Shown: positions 1-8,351 of the stretch, in pieces
How the letters are laid out: each line of letters opens with the position of its first letter
How positions within the stretch are numbered: the stretch's first letter is position 1
DNA from: Clostridiaceae bacterium
GTDB lineage: Bacteria; Bacillota; Clostridia; CAYPLH01; DUMO01
DNA: 33,660 nt
NCBI GenBank assembly: GCA_012839865.1
Contig: DUMO01000069.1
Location: 1-33,660, forward strand
Reading direction: 5' to 3'
Notes under the pieces: model-generated
What the model was told of the DNA's origin: nothing
Database searches by the model: none
What the model saw: only the letters and a program-made list of their open reading frames with translations
Position numbers and translations under genes: made by a program

Positions 1-112
1 GTGCAGAAAATAACACTGCTGTAAAGGGTTCGGTAGTATAGAGAATGGGGAGGTAAAAGGTGCAATGAATGTCTTCCTGTTTTGCTTTACCAGGCAGGAG
101 CAATTCGCAATA

Positions 113-139
113 TGTAAACTATATAAAAAATAGTTTACA
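113..139. promoter_or_regulatory. 9-bp perfect inverted repeat (TGTAAACTA-N9-TAGTTTACA), candidate operator or hairpin upstream of the SLH gene
   Basis: Arms at 113-121 and 131-139, about 100 bp upstream of the ATG at 241. Confidence 0.4.
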
Positions 140-240
140 CACTTAAGGCAAAATATGTTAACATAAGATTAATGCAAATAATGTTATTTTACCTCAAAAG
201 TTTGATAAACAAACCAAAATTAATTTAGGAGGCAATTCCC

Positions 241-1383
241 ATGAAAAAAGTATTTTTATCTTTTATAATTGCAGTTCTTGTAATCAGCATGTTACCTTTT
301 GCAGTATCAGCCGAAGAAGGCACAGCAGATTATGGCACAGATCTCGCAATGGAACAGGAAGACGCTCCCTTTACTCTGGAAACTCCCCGAAACTTGAAAG
401 CCGAGCTTAAGTATGATGAGGACGGGTTGCCATATTTTGCTTTAACACTTGTCATACCCGAAAGTGTAAGGGAAATTAACCAAAATATAATTGAGAACGA
501 AGAGCCCTATGAAGGGATTAACTGCGATGAAATCAGCATACAGTTTGATTACAAGGTTAATGATTATGACTGGAATGAGGGGCCTTCAATGTATTGGAAC
601 ACATCCATGTCACTTGCTGAATATTTGGGAGGCGGGTACTATGAATACCGTCCATATGAAGAGTATGAAGATGACGGTTCATTTAAGATAGAGGAGCAGA
701 ATTATCAATTTCGTGCATATTTTTATACAACATGGGGATATGTCGATGATTGGATGGACAAGGAAATAGTTTCTGATTTCTCTAATTTAGTAACCATTGG
801 AAATGCTTTTTACTACGAAGGTGCCTCCGAATGGGCAAAGCCCGAGCTTGACATGGCTGCCGGATATGGCTTGATTCCTGAATCCATCAGGAATAAAATG
901 AGTGAACCCATTACCCGGGAAGAGTTTGCAGAGGTTGCAGTCCTCCTGTATGAAAAAATGACCGGGAAAAAGGCCGAACCAGTGTCGCCAAATCCTTTTA
1001 CCGATACGAACAACCCCGAAGTTTTGAAGGCCAATAAACTTGGCATTATCCAGGGTATAGGAAACAATAAATTCGATCCTAAATCCCTAACCAACCGCGA
1101 GCAGGTTGCAACCATGCTTGGCAGGGCCCTTCGCGTAATGGTTCCCGATGCTGACTTTTCAACAGAAGGCGCACCCACCTTTACCGATGAAGAGTACATA
1201 TCTTCCTGGGCGCTGGAACATGTAAAATATATGAGCAAGCTTGGCATTATAAAGGGATCAGAAGGTAAGTTCATGCCAAAGGCTGTAACCCCTGCGGAAG
1301 TAGCTGCAGGGTATGCAACAACCACATGCGAGCAGGCGGTTATAATGTCAACCAGGATATATAAGGCATTTAAATCTGAATGA
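241..1383 (+). CDS. Secreted S-layer homology (SLH) domain protein with an acidic N-terminal domain of unknown function
   Basis: AGGAGG RBS; Sec signal MKKVFLSFIIAVLVISMLPFAVSA; C-terminal SLH repeats (PITREEFAEV, FTDT..GIIQG..FDPKSLTNREQVATML, FTDEEYISSWALEHV..GIIKG). Confidence 0.9.
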   Translation: MKKVFLSFIIAVLVISMLPFAVSAEEGTADYGTDLAMEQEDAPFTLETPRNLKAELKYDEDGLPYFALTLVIPESVREINQNIIENEEPYEGINCDEISIQFDYKVNDYDWNEGPSMYWNTSMSLAEYLGGGYYEYRPYEEYEDDGSFKIEEQNYQFRAYFYTTWGYVDDWMDKEIVSDFSNLVTIGNAFYYEGASEWAKPELDMAAGYGLIPESIRNKMSEPITREEFAEVAVLLYEKMTGKKAEPVSPNPFTDTNNPEVLKANKLGIIQGIGNNKFDPKSLTNREQVATMLGRALRVMVPDADFSTEGAPTFTDEEYISSWALEHVKYMSKLGIIKGSEGKFMPKAVTPAEVAAGYATTTCEQAVIMSTRIYKAFKSE

Positions 1384-1406
1384 AGGTTTGCAGGATAATT
1401 AAGTAT

Positions 1407-1444
1407 AAAACGGCATGGTCATTTATATGATTATGCCGTTTTTA
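1407..1444. terminator. Bidirectional intrinsic terminator
   Basis: AAAACGGCATGGTCAT-ttat-ATGATTATGCCGTTTT hairpin with A and T tracts, between convergent genes. Confidence 0.8.
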
Positions 1445-1455
1445 TTGCATAAAAA

Positions 1456-1983
1456 TCAGAACTTCCAGTTGATTTTCGCCGGGTTTGGTTCATCAGCAAC
1501 CGATACGGCACGAAGTGCTTCCAGCATACGGCCACACTCTATTGCAGCACATTGCTCCAACTGTTCCCACGGGGCACCGGCTCCCAGAGTGTCATACGCA
1601 ACCGCCAACGCCCCGTATAACGCAAGCCCGATGCAGTGCCTTGCTGAATGAATGGTGGATGCGCTCTGGCCAACCGCTCTTGCAGCCGCCTGCGCTGCAG
1701 GATTCTTTTCCGCTTCCCGGGCGGCGGCATGGCATTCCAGAATTGCCGTTCTTGCCACAGGAAGTTTAATTGCTCCGGCCAGCCACTCCCTGGCGGCGTT
1801 TATTGCATTTTGCGGCCTCTGGTCTTCAGGATAAAATTTTCTCCATATCTTCAATATATTCTGTTCTGCATAATCAACTGCCCAATTTGCCAGAGTTGAC
1901 TTGCTCTGTGTACCAATCAATTTCACAAGCGGCTGGATATATGGAGCCTTCAAGTCATTTAACGCCTTTCGGTACTTTGCCAT
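1456..1983 (-). CDS. Imm5-like putative immunity protein
   Basis: AGGAGG RBS; pattern LANWAVDYAEQ..W..YPEDQRPQNAINAAREW..A.HAAAREA..AA.AAARA.GQ.A.T.H..H typical of Imm5-like proteins. Confidence 0.7.
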   Translation of the reverse strand: MAKYRKALNDLKAPYIQPLVKLIGTQSKSTLANWAVDYAEQNILKIWRKFYPEDQRPQNAINAAREWLAGAIKLPVARTAILECHAAAREAEKNPAAQAAARAVGQSASTIHSARHCIGLALYGALAVAYDTLGAGAPWEQLEQCAAIECGRMLEALRAVSVADEPNPAKINWKF

Positions 1984-2143
1984 GTTTGCCTCCTGTTGAC
2001 ATAGATTTTCAGAAAACCCGGCGGGAGTCCTCCACTTTTCAATATGAAGTTGAAAGCCAGGTTTCGGTGCGGGAATTCACACTGCAGCATTTCACAATTA
2101 ATATATCAGCTTCAATAATCATTAGAAATACTGCATAGTTTAT

Positions 2144-3265
2144 TTATATTATAAAAAGTTCATAACATTTGGTATAGTCATTATCCCTGGAAACAGCCAC
2201 CACCGGGCCTTTGATAAACTTACTCTCATTCCTGTCAAATACACAGAGGAATCTTTTGTGCAACACCATATTATCATACCTTACCATGTTCATTGGGTCA
2301 TAACCGCAAATCATAAATTCACCTTTTGATCTTTTCGCATTTTCATTAAGCATAACTTTATCCACACTGATTTTTATATTTGCAATGTATTTTTCAAACA
2401 GCTGCTTAAGCACGCAATCATTGAAAAATGGGTTTTCTTCTTCATCTGGCAACGAAATTTTATCAGACAGTCTGCCTTCATCATGAAACGAACCATGCAA
2501 TTTATCCTTGAGCCATTGATTAGCGACTTTGTCATATAGATATACCTTAGCCTTGCCTATCTCGTCAAAAATATCAAGTCCCAATTGCTCTGCTATGAGA
2601 CAGATTAAGGCACCGGTAAAATATGACGGCCTTCTTGTGTCAAAGACCCCGTCCTCTGTTTTGCAAAGGTTATTGCACATAAAATTTATTTTTTCCTCAA
2701 AATCTTTAACGGACAATACTTTCAAGGCCTTCAGGGCCATGTATTCCGCGCAGCCTTCAAAGGTTTCTATTGCTTTTTCATAGTTGATACAGTCATTTAT
2801 TATCTTTTCCCTTTTACGTCTTAATGAAATAAATTTGTCAAAAAGGGAGCCTTTTTTGTTTAGATCAGCTTCTACAGCCATTTTTGCAATCAGCAGCCGT
2901 TCAGCATATCTCAATTTATAATTTTCAAAGTCATATGGATACTTTAGGCCCTCCAGATCATTAAAGATTCTCTTTTCCTCTAGCGTGCGCTGGTGGGCAT
3001 GATACATTTCATGGACAATGTTTGCTGCTAAAACATCCAAGTTTTTTATATCATCATCGCTTATACTCCATATTGCTATGTACTTGCCGTCATACTCAAT
3101 GCTGGTGTTTCCCAGAAACCTGTTATCCACCGGGATGGTTATATCACTGAAATAGACGTTTTTATCATCATATAGCGCATAATCATACCTGACAAATCCC
3201 TTCCACAGCTTGTCAAAGTTAATCGAATCCAACCTCTTGTCAATTTCCCTCAGCAAATTATTCAT
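2144..3265 (-). CDS. Hypothetical protein, probable gluzincin-type metallopeptidase
   Basis: HEMYH (HEXXH) followed about 65 aa later by EGCAEY; no signal peptide. Confidence 0.6.
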   Translation of the reverse strand: MNNLLREIDKRLDSINFDKLWKGFVRYDYALYDDKNVYFSDITIPVDNRFLGNTSIEYDGKYIAIWSISDDDIKNLDVLAANIVHEMYHAHQRTLEEKRIFNDLEGLKYPYDFENYKLRYAERLLIAKMAVEADLNKKGSLFDKFISLRRKREKIINDCINYEKAIETFEGCAEYMALKALKVLSVKDFEEKINFMCNNLCKTEDGVFDTRRPSYFTGALICLIAEQLGLDIFDEIGKAKVYLYDKVANQWLKDKLHGSFHDEGRLSDKISLPDEEENPFFNDCVLKQLFEKYIANIKISVDKVMLNENAKRSKGEFMICGYDPMNMVRYDNMVLHKRFLCVFDRNESKFIKGPVVAVSRDNDYTKCYELFII

Positions 3266-4101
3266 AACATTGTCCCCCTATCTACTTCATCAAAAAATGA
3301 CAATACATTCATCGAATGTTCTTTGCTGGCTTCCTGGCTCGCACCATGCCCAACACCCGGTATTATTATTTGTTTGGCATTTGGTATTAAGCTTGCCATC
3401 TCGTTTTGAAGTTCCAGGTTTGTTACTTCATCAGCATCTCCGCCTATTACAAGAGCCGGGCATATGATTTTATTCAAATAAGGCCTGTTGTCCATATTTA
3501 TAAGTCCCTCCAGAAGTCTTATCATTCTGTCCGGATTTTCAGGTTTGGGCATAAAACGGGCCATGGGAAAAAGCCATTTGAATTTATTATAGTATTTTTG
3601 CGTATAGGCTTTAATAAAACTGTCCACATGAAGTTTATGCCACTGACCTTCTTTGCTCCATTCCAGCCATTGAATCAGAATCCTTTTCAAGCTGTCATCC
3701 ACATGAGCCATTGTTGCCCCTAATACGAGGCTCCTTACTCTGTCTGGAGAATCAATTGCCATCCACTGCCCCACCGGGCCTCCTCCTGAATTTGTTTCAA
3801 TGTGTGCCATATCAATTTCAAGTTCATCCATAACCCGGATATAATCCTTTGCAAAATCTCTTACCGTAAAACCTTCCGGAATAGGCTCCCTTCTGCTGAT
3901 AATTGTGACGCTGTGTTTATCTGTATATCTTTTGTACATTCTTGCAAGGACATATGGGTATGGAAATTTCCCGACGGTATTGAGGCCGTCTCCCGCACCG
4001 GGTATAAGGATTATCGGCGTGCCGTCTCCTTTTATATGTACAAATTCAATGACAGCGTTATCTTCTGTTTTTAGTTTTAATACTTCATACTTTGGTCCCA
4101 T
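3262..4101 (-). CDS. Alpha/beta fold hydrolase
   Basis: ILIPGAG oxyanion loop, nucleophile elbow TNSGGG, PALVIGGDAD acid, GVGHG His; its stop overlaps the next ATG. Confidence 0.85.
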   Translation of the reverse strand: MGPKYEVLKLKTEDNAVIEFVHIKGDGTPIILIPGAGDGLNTVGKFPYPYVLARMYKRYTDKHSVTIISRREPIPEGFTVRDFAKDYIRVMDELEIDMAHIETNSGGGPVGQWMAIDSPDRVRSLVLGATMAHVDDSLKRILIQWLEWSKEGQWHKLHVDSFIKAYTQKYYNKFKWLFPMARFMPKPENPDRMIRLLEGLINMDNRPYLNKIICPALVIGGDADEVTNLELQNEMASLIPNAKQIIIPGVGHGASQEASKEHSMNVLSFFDEVDRGTML

Positions 4102-4130
4102 AAAATCACATCCATTATTTTCTTCGTTTA

Positions 4131-4655
4131 TTAGTCCAGTTTATGAGAATATATTATATCAAAACCACTTTCATTTACTATAGAAAGCTCCAACCTGACA
4201 ATCTTTCCGCTGAATTGTACAAATCTTTTTGCCATTTCCCCAAGTACCTTCCCCATATCTATTATTTCGCTATAAAAAAGTGAAATATGAGGCAGCCACA
4301 ATCCACTTTCAGCTTTTGTCCAAACATTGCAATATGAATCAAATTCCCGGTGGTATTCCTCATAATATTCAAGCAATTTCCCTGAAGTGGAAGGTATGCA
4401 GGCTATGCAATTGGTTGAAAGATAACCTAAAGCGTTGCAATTGATGTGGAAGGAACTCTTCCCCGCTGCAAACCTCCTGGTATATTCCAGAATTTCATCC
4501 ACATCAACATCCAAAAAATGCGCAAACGTAATATGTCCATAGACAGGACCGGGTTCTATGCCAAATATATACAAAACTTTTCTTATTTCGTTTAATTTTT
4601 GATTGGTTGCATCATCCAATACCCAAACAGCACTTACTTCTTTGCCCACTCGCAC
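4131..4655 (-). CDS. 2H phosphoesterase (2'-5' RNA ligase superfamily)
   Basis: Two HxT/S motifs (GHITF, PHISL) about 80 aa apart. Confidence 0.75.
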   Translation of the reverse strand: MRVGKEVSAVWVLDDATNQKLNEIRKVLYIFGIEPGPVYGHITFAHFLDVDVDEILEYTRRFAAGKSSFHINCNALGYLSTNCIACIPSTSGKLLEYYEEYHREFDSYCNVWTKAESGLWLPHISLFYSEIIDMGKVLGEMAKRFVQFSGKIVRLELSIVNESGFDIIYSHKLD

Positions 4656-4838
4656 CTCTCCCCCATAAGGTTGGCTCGTTACTCAACCGTGAATTTCCGG
4701 CAACCATTATTATGTTTATCCTGAAATTCTCAAAATTACTGTCAGCGGTTCATTGTCCAATGCATTTCATATATTCACCGGATTGAAAAACAATGATAAA
4801 TCTGCAAGTGTGAATGAAATGACAGGGGAAGCGTTTAA

Positions 4839-5504
4839 CTACTTCACAACTCCTATTGCCATTCCATCATGTTCCTTTTCTCCAACCATCTGAAGAATTG
4901 TAAAATCAGCTTCTTTACACTCTTTCAAATAATCGTTAAATTTTTGCACGCCAATAACTTTAGGATCAGATGAATCAACCTCTAAAATCTTACCATTGCG
5001 AATGACATTATCCAGTACAATAATTGAACCTTTCCTGGCAAGTTTGATTGCCCACTTTAAGTACTCTACGTATGGAGGTTTATCTGCATCAATAAAAATA
5101 AAATCAAAGGGATATAAATGATTCTTTTCTATTTTGGGCAATACATCCAATGCCTTGCCCCTGATTATTGTGACTATATCATTATAACCTGCTTCTTCTA
5201 TATTCCTGCAGGCAATATTATAGTTTGTCTCTTCATATTCAACGGTAATAATTTTGCCGCTTTTCGGCAAGGCTCTGGCCAGCCATATCGTGCTGTAGCC
5301 GACAAGTGTACCAAGCTCCAGGATGTTTTTTGCGCAGCAGGATTTGGCAAGGATGTAAAGTAATTTTCCCTGATTTGCAGAAATATCTGCACCGGGCATG
5401 GTGGAATATTGACTTGATTCTCTGGTTTTTATCAGTATTTGGTCCTCTATTCCAACCCTTTCCTTGATATAGTCATCAACAGCTTTAAATTTCTCCTGCA
5501 ACAC
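4839..5504 (-). CDS. SAM-dependent O-methyltransferase (CCoAOMT/MdmC-like)
   Basis: ILELGTLVGYST, FDFIFIDADK..Y..Y, IVLDNVI motifs; GTG at 5504 follows GGAGG (ORF caller starts at 5540). Confidence 0.9.
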   Translation of the reverse strand: MLQEKFKAVDDYIKERVGIEDQILIKTRESSQYSTMPGADISANQGKLLYILAKSCCAKNILELGTLVGYSTIWLARALPKSGKIITVEYEETNYNIACRNIEEAGYNDIVTIIRGKALDVLPKIEKNHLYPFDFIFIDADKPPYVEYLKWAIKLARKGSIIVLDNVIRNGKILEVDSSDPKVIGVQKFNDYLKECKEADFTILQMVGEKEHDGMAIGVVK

Positions 5505-5592
5505 ACATATACCTCCCGGCAAAATTTTATAATTACGCATATTTTTAAGTCAGTTTTTTTGCATTTCAATCACAAACTCACAAGGTCTTTTC

Positions 5593-5898
5593 TCAATGGC
5601 TGTTTTTTTTAGCCCAAGATTGACTTTCTGTGAAAAAGTTTGAGCAAAGTATTTTTCTGCTTAAATTATCTATAACAAATACACCATTATAGACGATTAA
5701 GGGCATGGCTGCGTTTAATCCTTCTGTAACCTTTTCTGCGGTAACAATGGAACGAGCAGTGGCATATGTGAATTTCATTCCTTTTTCAACGAGAGAGTTG
5801 ATGACAGAGCAACTGTAGCCGGATATCCTCTGGTCACTTCTCAGCAAAGTTCCGTCAAGATCGGAAACATATAGTGTTTTACTTCTTTTATTACCCAT
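5593..5898 (-). pseudogene. 3'-truncated Cof-type HAD-IIB hydrolase
   Basis: SDLDGTLL (motif I), ATARS (motif II), IVYNGV; ends at 101 aa and lacks motifs III/IV. Confidence 0.8.
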
Positions 5899-5961
5899 CT
5901 TTTCCTACCGCCCAATTCATATAGCTCATCTAATATAATTCTTTTTCAAAAGTGCACATCT

Positions 5962-6627
5962 TCAGCTTCCAGGCCATACAAGTGTTGGCTTGTCAAATGG
6001 ACTGTATCCTTTCTTTATCCAAAAAGGGTTGTAACTCCATATGTGCTTTAATATGTCTTTAGCGTCAAGCCCTTCTTCTTTAATTTTTCTTTCAAGATAC
6101 TCCCTGGCAGCCCGATCTTTTTCACGCTCTTTCCATAATGGATTAAGATATTTTACAATATTCCTGAATCCATATTCAAAGCACAAACCGGAAGTATAAA
6201 CCTTTATATCGTAAAAACTCCGTGGTTCCTTGTCCAGCCAATCATAAGGAAAATATACTGTTCCCTGGTCGCCGATATGTCTCCACATTGCAACAGTCCC
6301 GTCTATATCAAGCGGGTTGAAAGCTGCATGCTGCTCACCTTTTAGTATCTTCAGCATGTTAAAATCGCTGATAAATTCAGTATGATAGCCCCTGTTTTTA
6401 TATTCAGGCATCAGTTGGTCCAGAACCTGCATCATATTTTCAACAAAGCAGTCCAGGTCCCCATGTTCTCTTAAAAACATACCTTCAAAGATATCTATTG
6501 TAAACCCGCCCCAGATATATGTTTTTACGTTGCAGGCAGCAGACACTTCAAATATATCCTTCATAAACTCCAGGTAGCTTAAGTTTCTTTGGGACATACT
6601 CATTCCTTTTGCAAACTTTTCTGACAT
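5962..6627 (-). CDS. Nucleotidyltransferase, ANT(2'')/LnuA-like family
   Basis: YIWGGFTIDIFEGMFLREHGDLDCFV matches the GGW.VD...R.H.D.D signature; GGGGGTG RBS before the ATG at 6627. Confidence 0.7.
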   Translation of the reverse strand: MSEKFAKGMSMSQRNLSYLEFMKDIFEVSAACNVKTYIWGGFTIDIFEGMFLREHGDLDCFVENMMQVLDQLMPEYKNRGYHTEFISDFNMLKILKGEQHAAFNPLDIDGTVAMWRHIGDQGTVYFPYDWLDKEPRSFYDIKVYTSGLCFEYGFRNIVKYLNPLWKEREKDRAAREYLERKIKEEGLDAKDILKHIWSYNPFWIKKGYSPFDKPTLVWPGS

Positions 6628-6661
6628 TTGACACCCCCACTTTTGCATTCACAATTCCAGA

Positions 6662-6808
6662 GTCTGTTTTACAGTAACCTGCACAGGAATATCAATCGTT
6701 TTGGGTATTTTAAAGAACTTTCGGAACTGCGGCGCTAATCTTTTTATAACAACATATGCTTGAGATCCTTTAGACTGACGAATGCAACGACTTAGCTTGA
6801 ACCAATTT
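6662..6808 (-). other. Degenerate structured element in the 5' leader of the minus-strand gene run; resembles my recollection of the Clostridiales-1 motif
   Basis: On the minus strand AGTCGTT/AACGATT and TAAAGGA/TTCTTTA form nested stems; inverted GCTAA..TTAGC pair at 6734-6738 and 6792-6796. Confidence 0.45.
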
Positions 6809-6822
6809 TTTGTTACTAATAC

Positions 6823-6851
6823 ATTATATAATATCTGAAAAAAACTAACAA
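6823..6851 (-). promoter_or_regulatory. SigA-type promoter TTGTTA-N17-TATAAT
   Basis: -35 at 6851-6846, perfect -10 at 6828-6823, 17-bp spacer; points into the minus-strand run. Confidence 0.6.
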
Positions 6852-6859
6852 TATTTTTT

Positions 6860-6873
6860 CGAACATTTGTTTT
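6860..6873. promoter_or_regulatory. LexA (Cheo)-box-like site CGAACATTTGTTTT
   Basis: GAAC-N4-GTTT, one mismatch to the Firmicutes core GAAC-N4-GTTC; 9 bp upstream of the -35. Confidence 0.4.
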
Positions 6874-7038
6874 AACTTGAACCAGTTAATTAACCCTTAA
6901 TGGACTACATGGTCTTTATGAGTAAGCGTGTATTTCAAACATATTTGATATTTACCGGGGATGGAATCTGCAAAGCTTTTCGCAGAAAATCTTCTCAATT
7001 TTTCAGGATAAGATGCTGCATACAGAAAGCCATCAATA

Positions 7039-7686
7039 TCAATATATTTGAAGCATTCTTAAACCACTTCCCATGAAGTATATTGAAAATGCCATCATAA
7101 ATACACCCAGGGAAAAGGCAACCCAGTGATATACCCTGTCGCTTATCAGCTTTTTCCCCCTGGAAAGGGCTATGGAGACTGCGGAATACCATACAAAGTC
7201 TGATAAAATATGTCCAACGAAAAAGCATAATACGCCAACCCGGCCCAAAGCGTATGACTGGCGAACTGATTCCATCCCGGCTGATGTCCACCATAGTATA
7301 AAGTAAGGATTTGTGGCGCTCACAAGTGCCCCCGCTAAAGCCGGATTCTTCATCCCTGTTCTGTTTTTCGCTCCCTGGCTATCCAATGAAATGGACTTGT
7401 TAATGCCTGCCCTTACCATTCCATATCCCATCCACGCCAGAAAAGCTCCGCCAAATAAACCAATAAATCCTGAAACCGTCGCATTGGAAAAGAAATCTTT
7501 AAGCCCGAGTGTCATGGCAACAACCAATATAAGTTCCAGAATTCCATGGCCCAATACTATCAGAGGACCTGTTGTCCATCCTTTTTTAATGCTGCCGTCA
7601 ATGGCGACCCCCAATAGCGGCCCGGGCATCATCGCTCCTGAAAATCCTATCATAAAAGCGCTGATGAAAACTCCCCACAAAGTCAT
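7039..7686 (-). CDS. LysE family transporter
   Basis: GFSGAMMPGP, GHGILE, GALVSATNPYFILWW motifs; hydrophobic; GAGGG RBS before the ATG at 7686 (ORF caller extends to 7806). Confidence 0.9.
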   Translation of the reverse strand: MTLWGVFISAFMIGFSGAMMPGPLLGVAIDGSIKKGWTTGPLIVLGHGILELILVVAMTLGLKDFFSNATVSGFIGLFGGAFLAWMGYGMVRAGINKSISLDSQGAKNRTGMKNPALAGALVSATNPYFILWWTSAGMESVRQSYALGRVGVLCFFVGHILSDFVWYSAVSIALSRGKKLISDRVYHWVAFSLGVFMMAFSIYFMGSGLRMLQIY

Positions 7687-7840
7687 ACAAATTATCCCTC
7701 TCGTGTAAATTACGCAAATTAACTTTAAGTATATCATAAATAGATAATAATATGAAAATAATTGCAGTACAGCATCATCATACCTTTCGGACTGTAACAG
7801 CATCATACATTGTCCGGGAAATATATTAGATTATACTTGA

Positions 7841-8341
7841 AAACAATTCAGGGACGACCAGATGTTTCGCTTCTGGTACCGGTTCATCCCGAACAATATG
7901 AGCAGTATAGCCACGGGTCTGGCCGATATTGTATATGACAAATCAATAGCGCCACAGCTGCCAGATTACATGGGACAAGCTTTTGAACAGATTTGCATTC
8001 AATATCTTTTGAGAGAAAACAGCAAGCTCTCTTTACCCTTTGTATTTGGGAGAATCGGGAGATGGTGGGGAAATAATCCAAATAAGAAAAGGCAGGAGGA
8101 AATTGACATCCTCGCAATTGGTGAAGATAACGCAATTTTCGGCGAATGCAAGTGGAAAAATGAGCCGGCCGGCATAAGTGTCTTCAATGAGCTTGTCGAA
8201 AAAACTCTGCTTTTTAAGAGGTTTAAGAACAAGTATTATTTCCTGTTCTCAAAAAACGGATTCACCAGGGAACTGGAAGATACTGCTGCAGGTATGGATA
8301 ATTTAGTACTGGTGGATTTAAAGAAGCTCTATAAAGGATAG
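7841..8341 (+). pseudogene. C-terminal remnant of an AAA-ATPase/DUF234 (PD-(D/E)xK-like) protein
   Basis: DDQMFRFWYRF, GQAFEQIC, GRWWG..EEIDI..FGECKW; in-frame stop at 7838 and no ATPase domain upstream. Confidence 0.75.
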
Positions 8342-8351
8342 TAAATGTATA

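Noticed and set aside
93..120. ATATGTAAACT resembles the XerD arm of a Firmicutes dif site
   Set aside because: The upstream 17 bp do not resemble the XerC arm or spacer; it is better explained as one arm of the 113-139 inverted repeat
65..133. 22-codon ORF after GGGAGG
   Set aside because: Long RBS spacing, no recognisable homology, and too short to support
2060..4710. Similar GTGAATT(T)CC(G)GCA(A)CC strings in two intergenic gaps (about 2066-2080 and 4690-4706)
   Set aside because: They lie on opposite strands, need indels to align and occur only twice; not enough to call a cassette repeat
2130..4840. TAAAC right after several stop codons (attC core-like)
   Set aside because: A 5-mer in AT-rich DNA is expected by chance, and no paired hairpins follow
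6890..7038. Possible decayed integrase downstream of the LexA-like box
   Set aside because: No frame gives tyrosine- or serine-recombinase motifs; the identity of this DNA is unknown
7770..7815. TGATG..CCGAAAGG looks hammerhead-like
   Set aside because: The CUGAUGA core and the stem I/III pairing are absent
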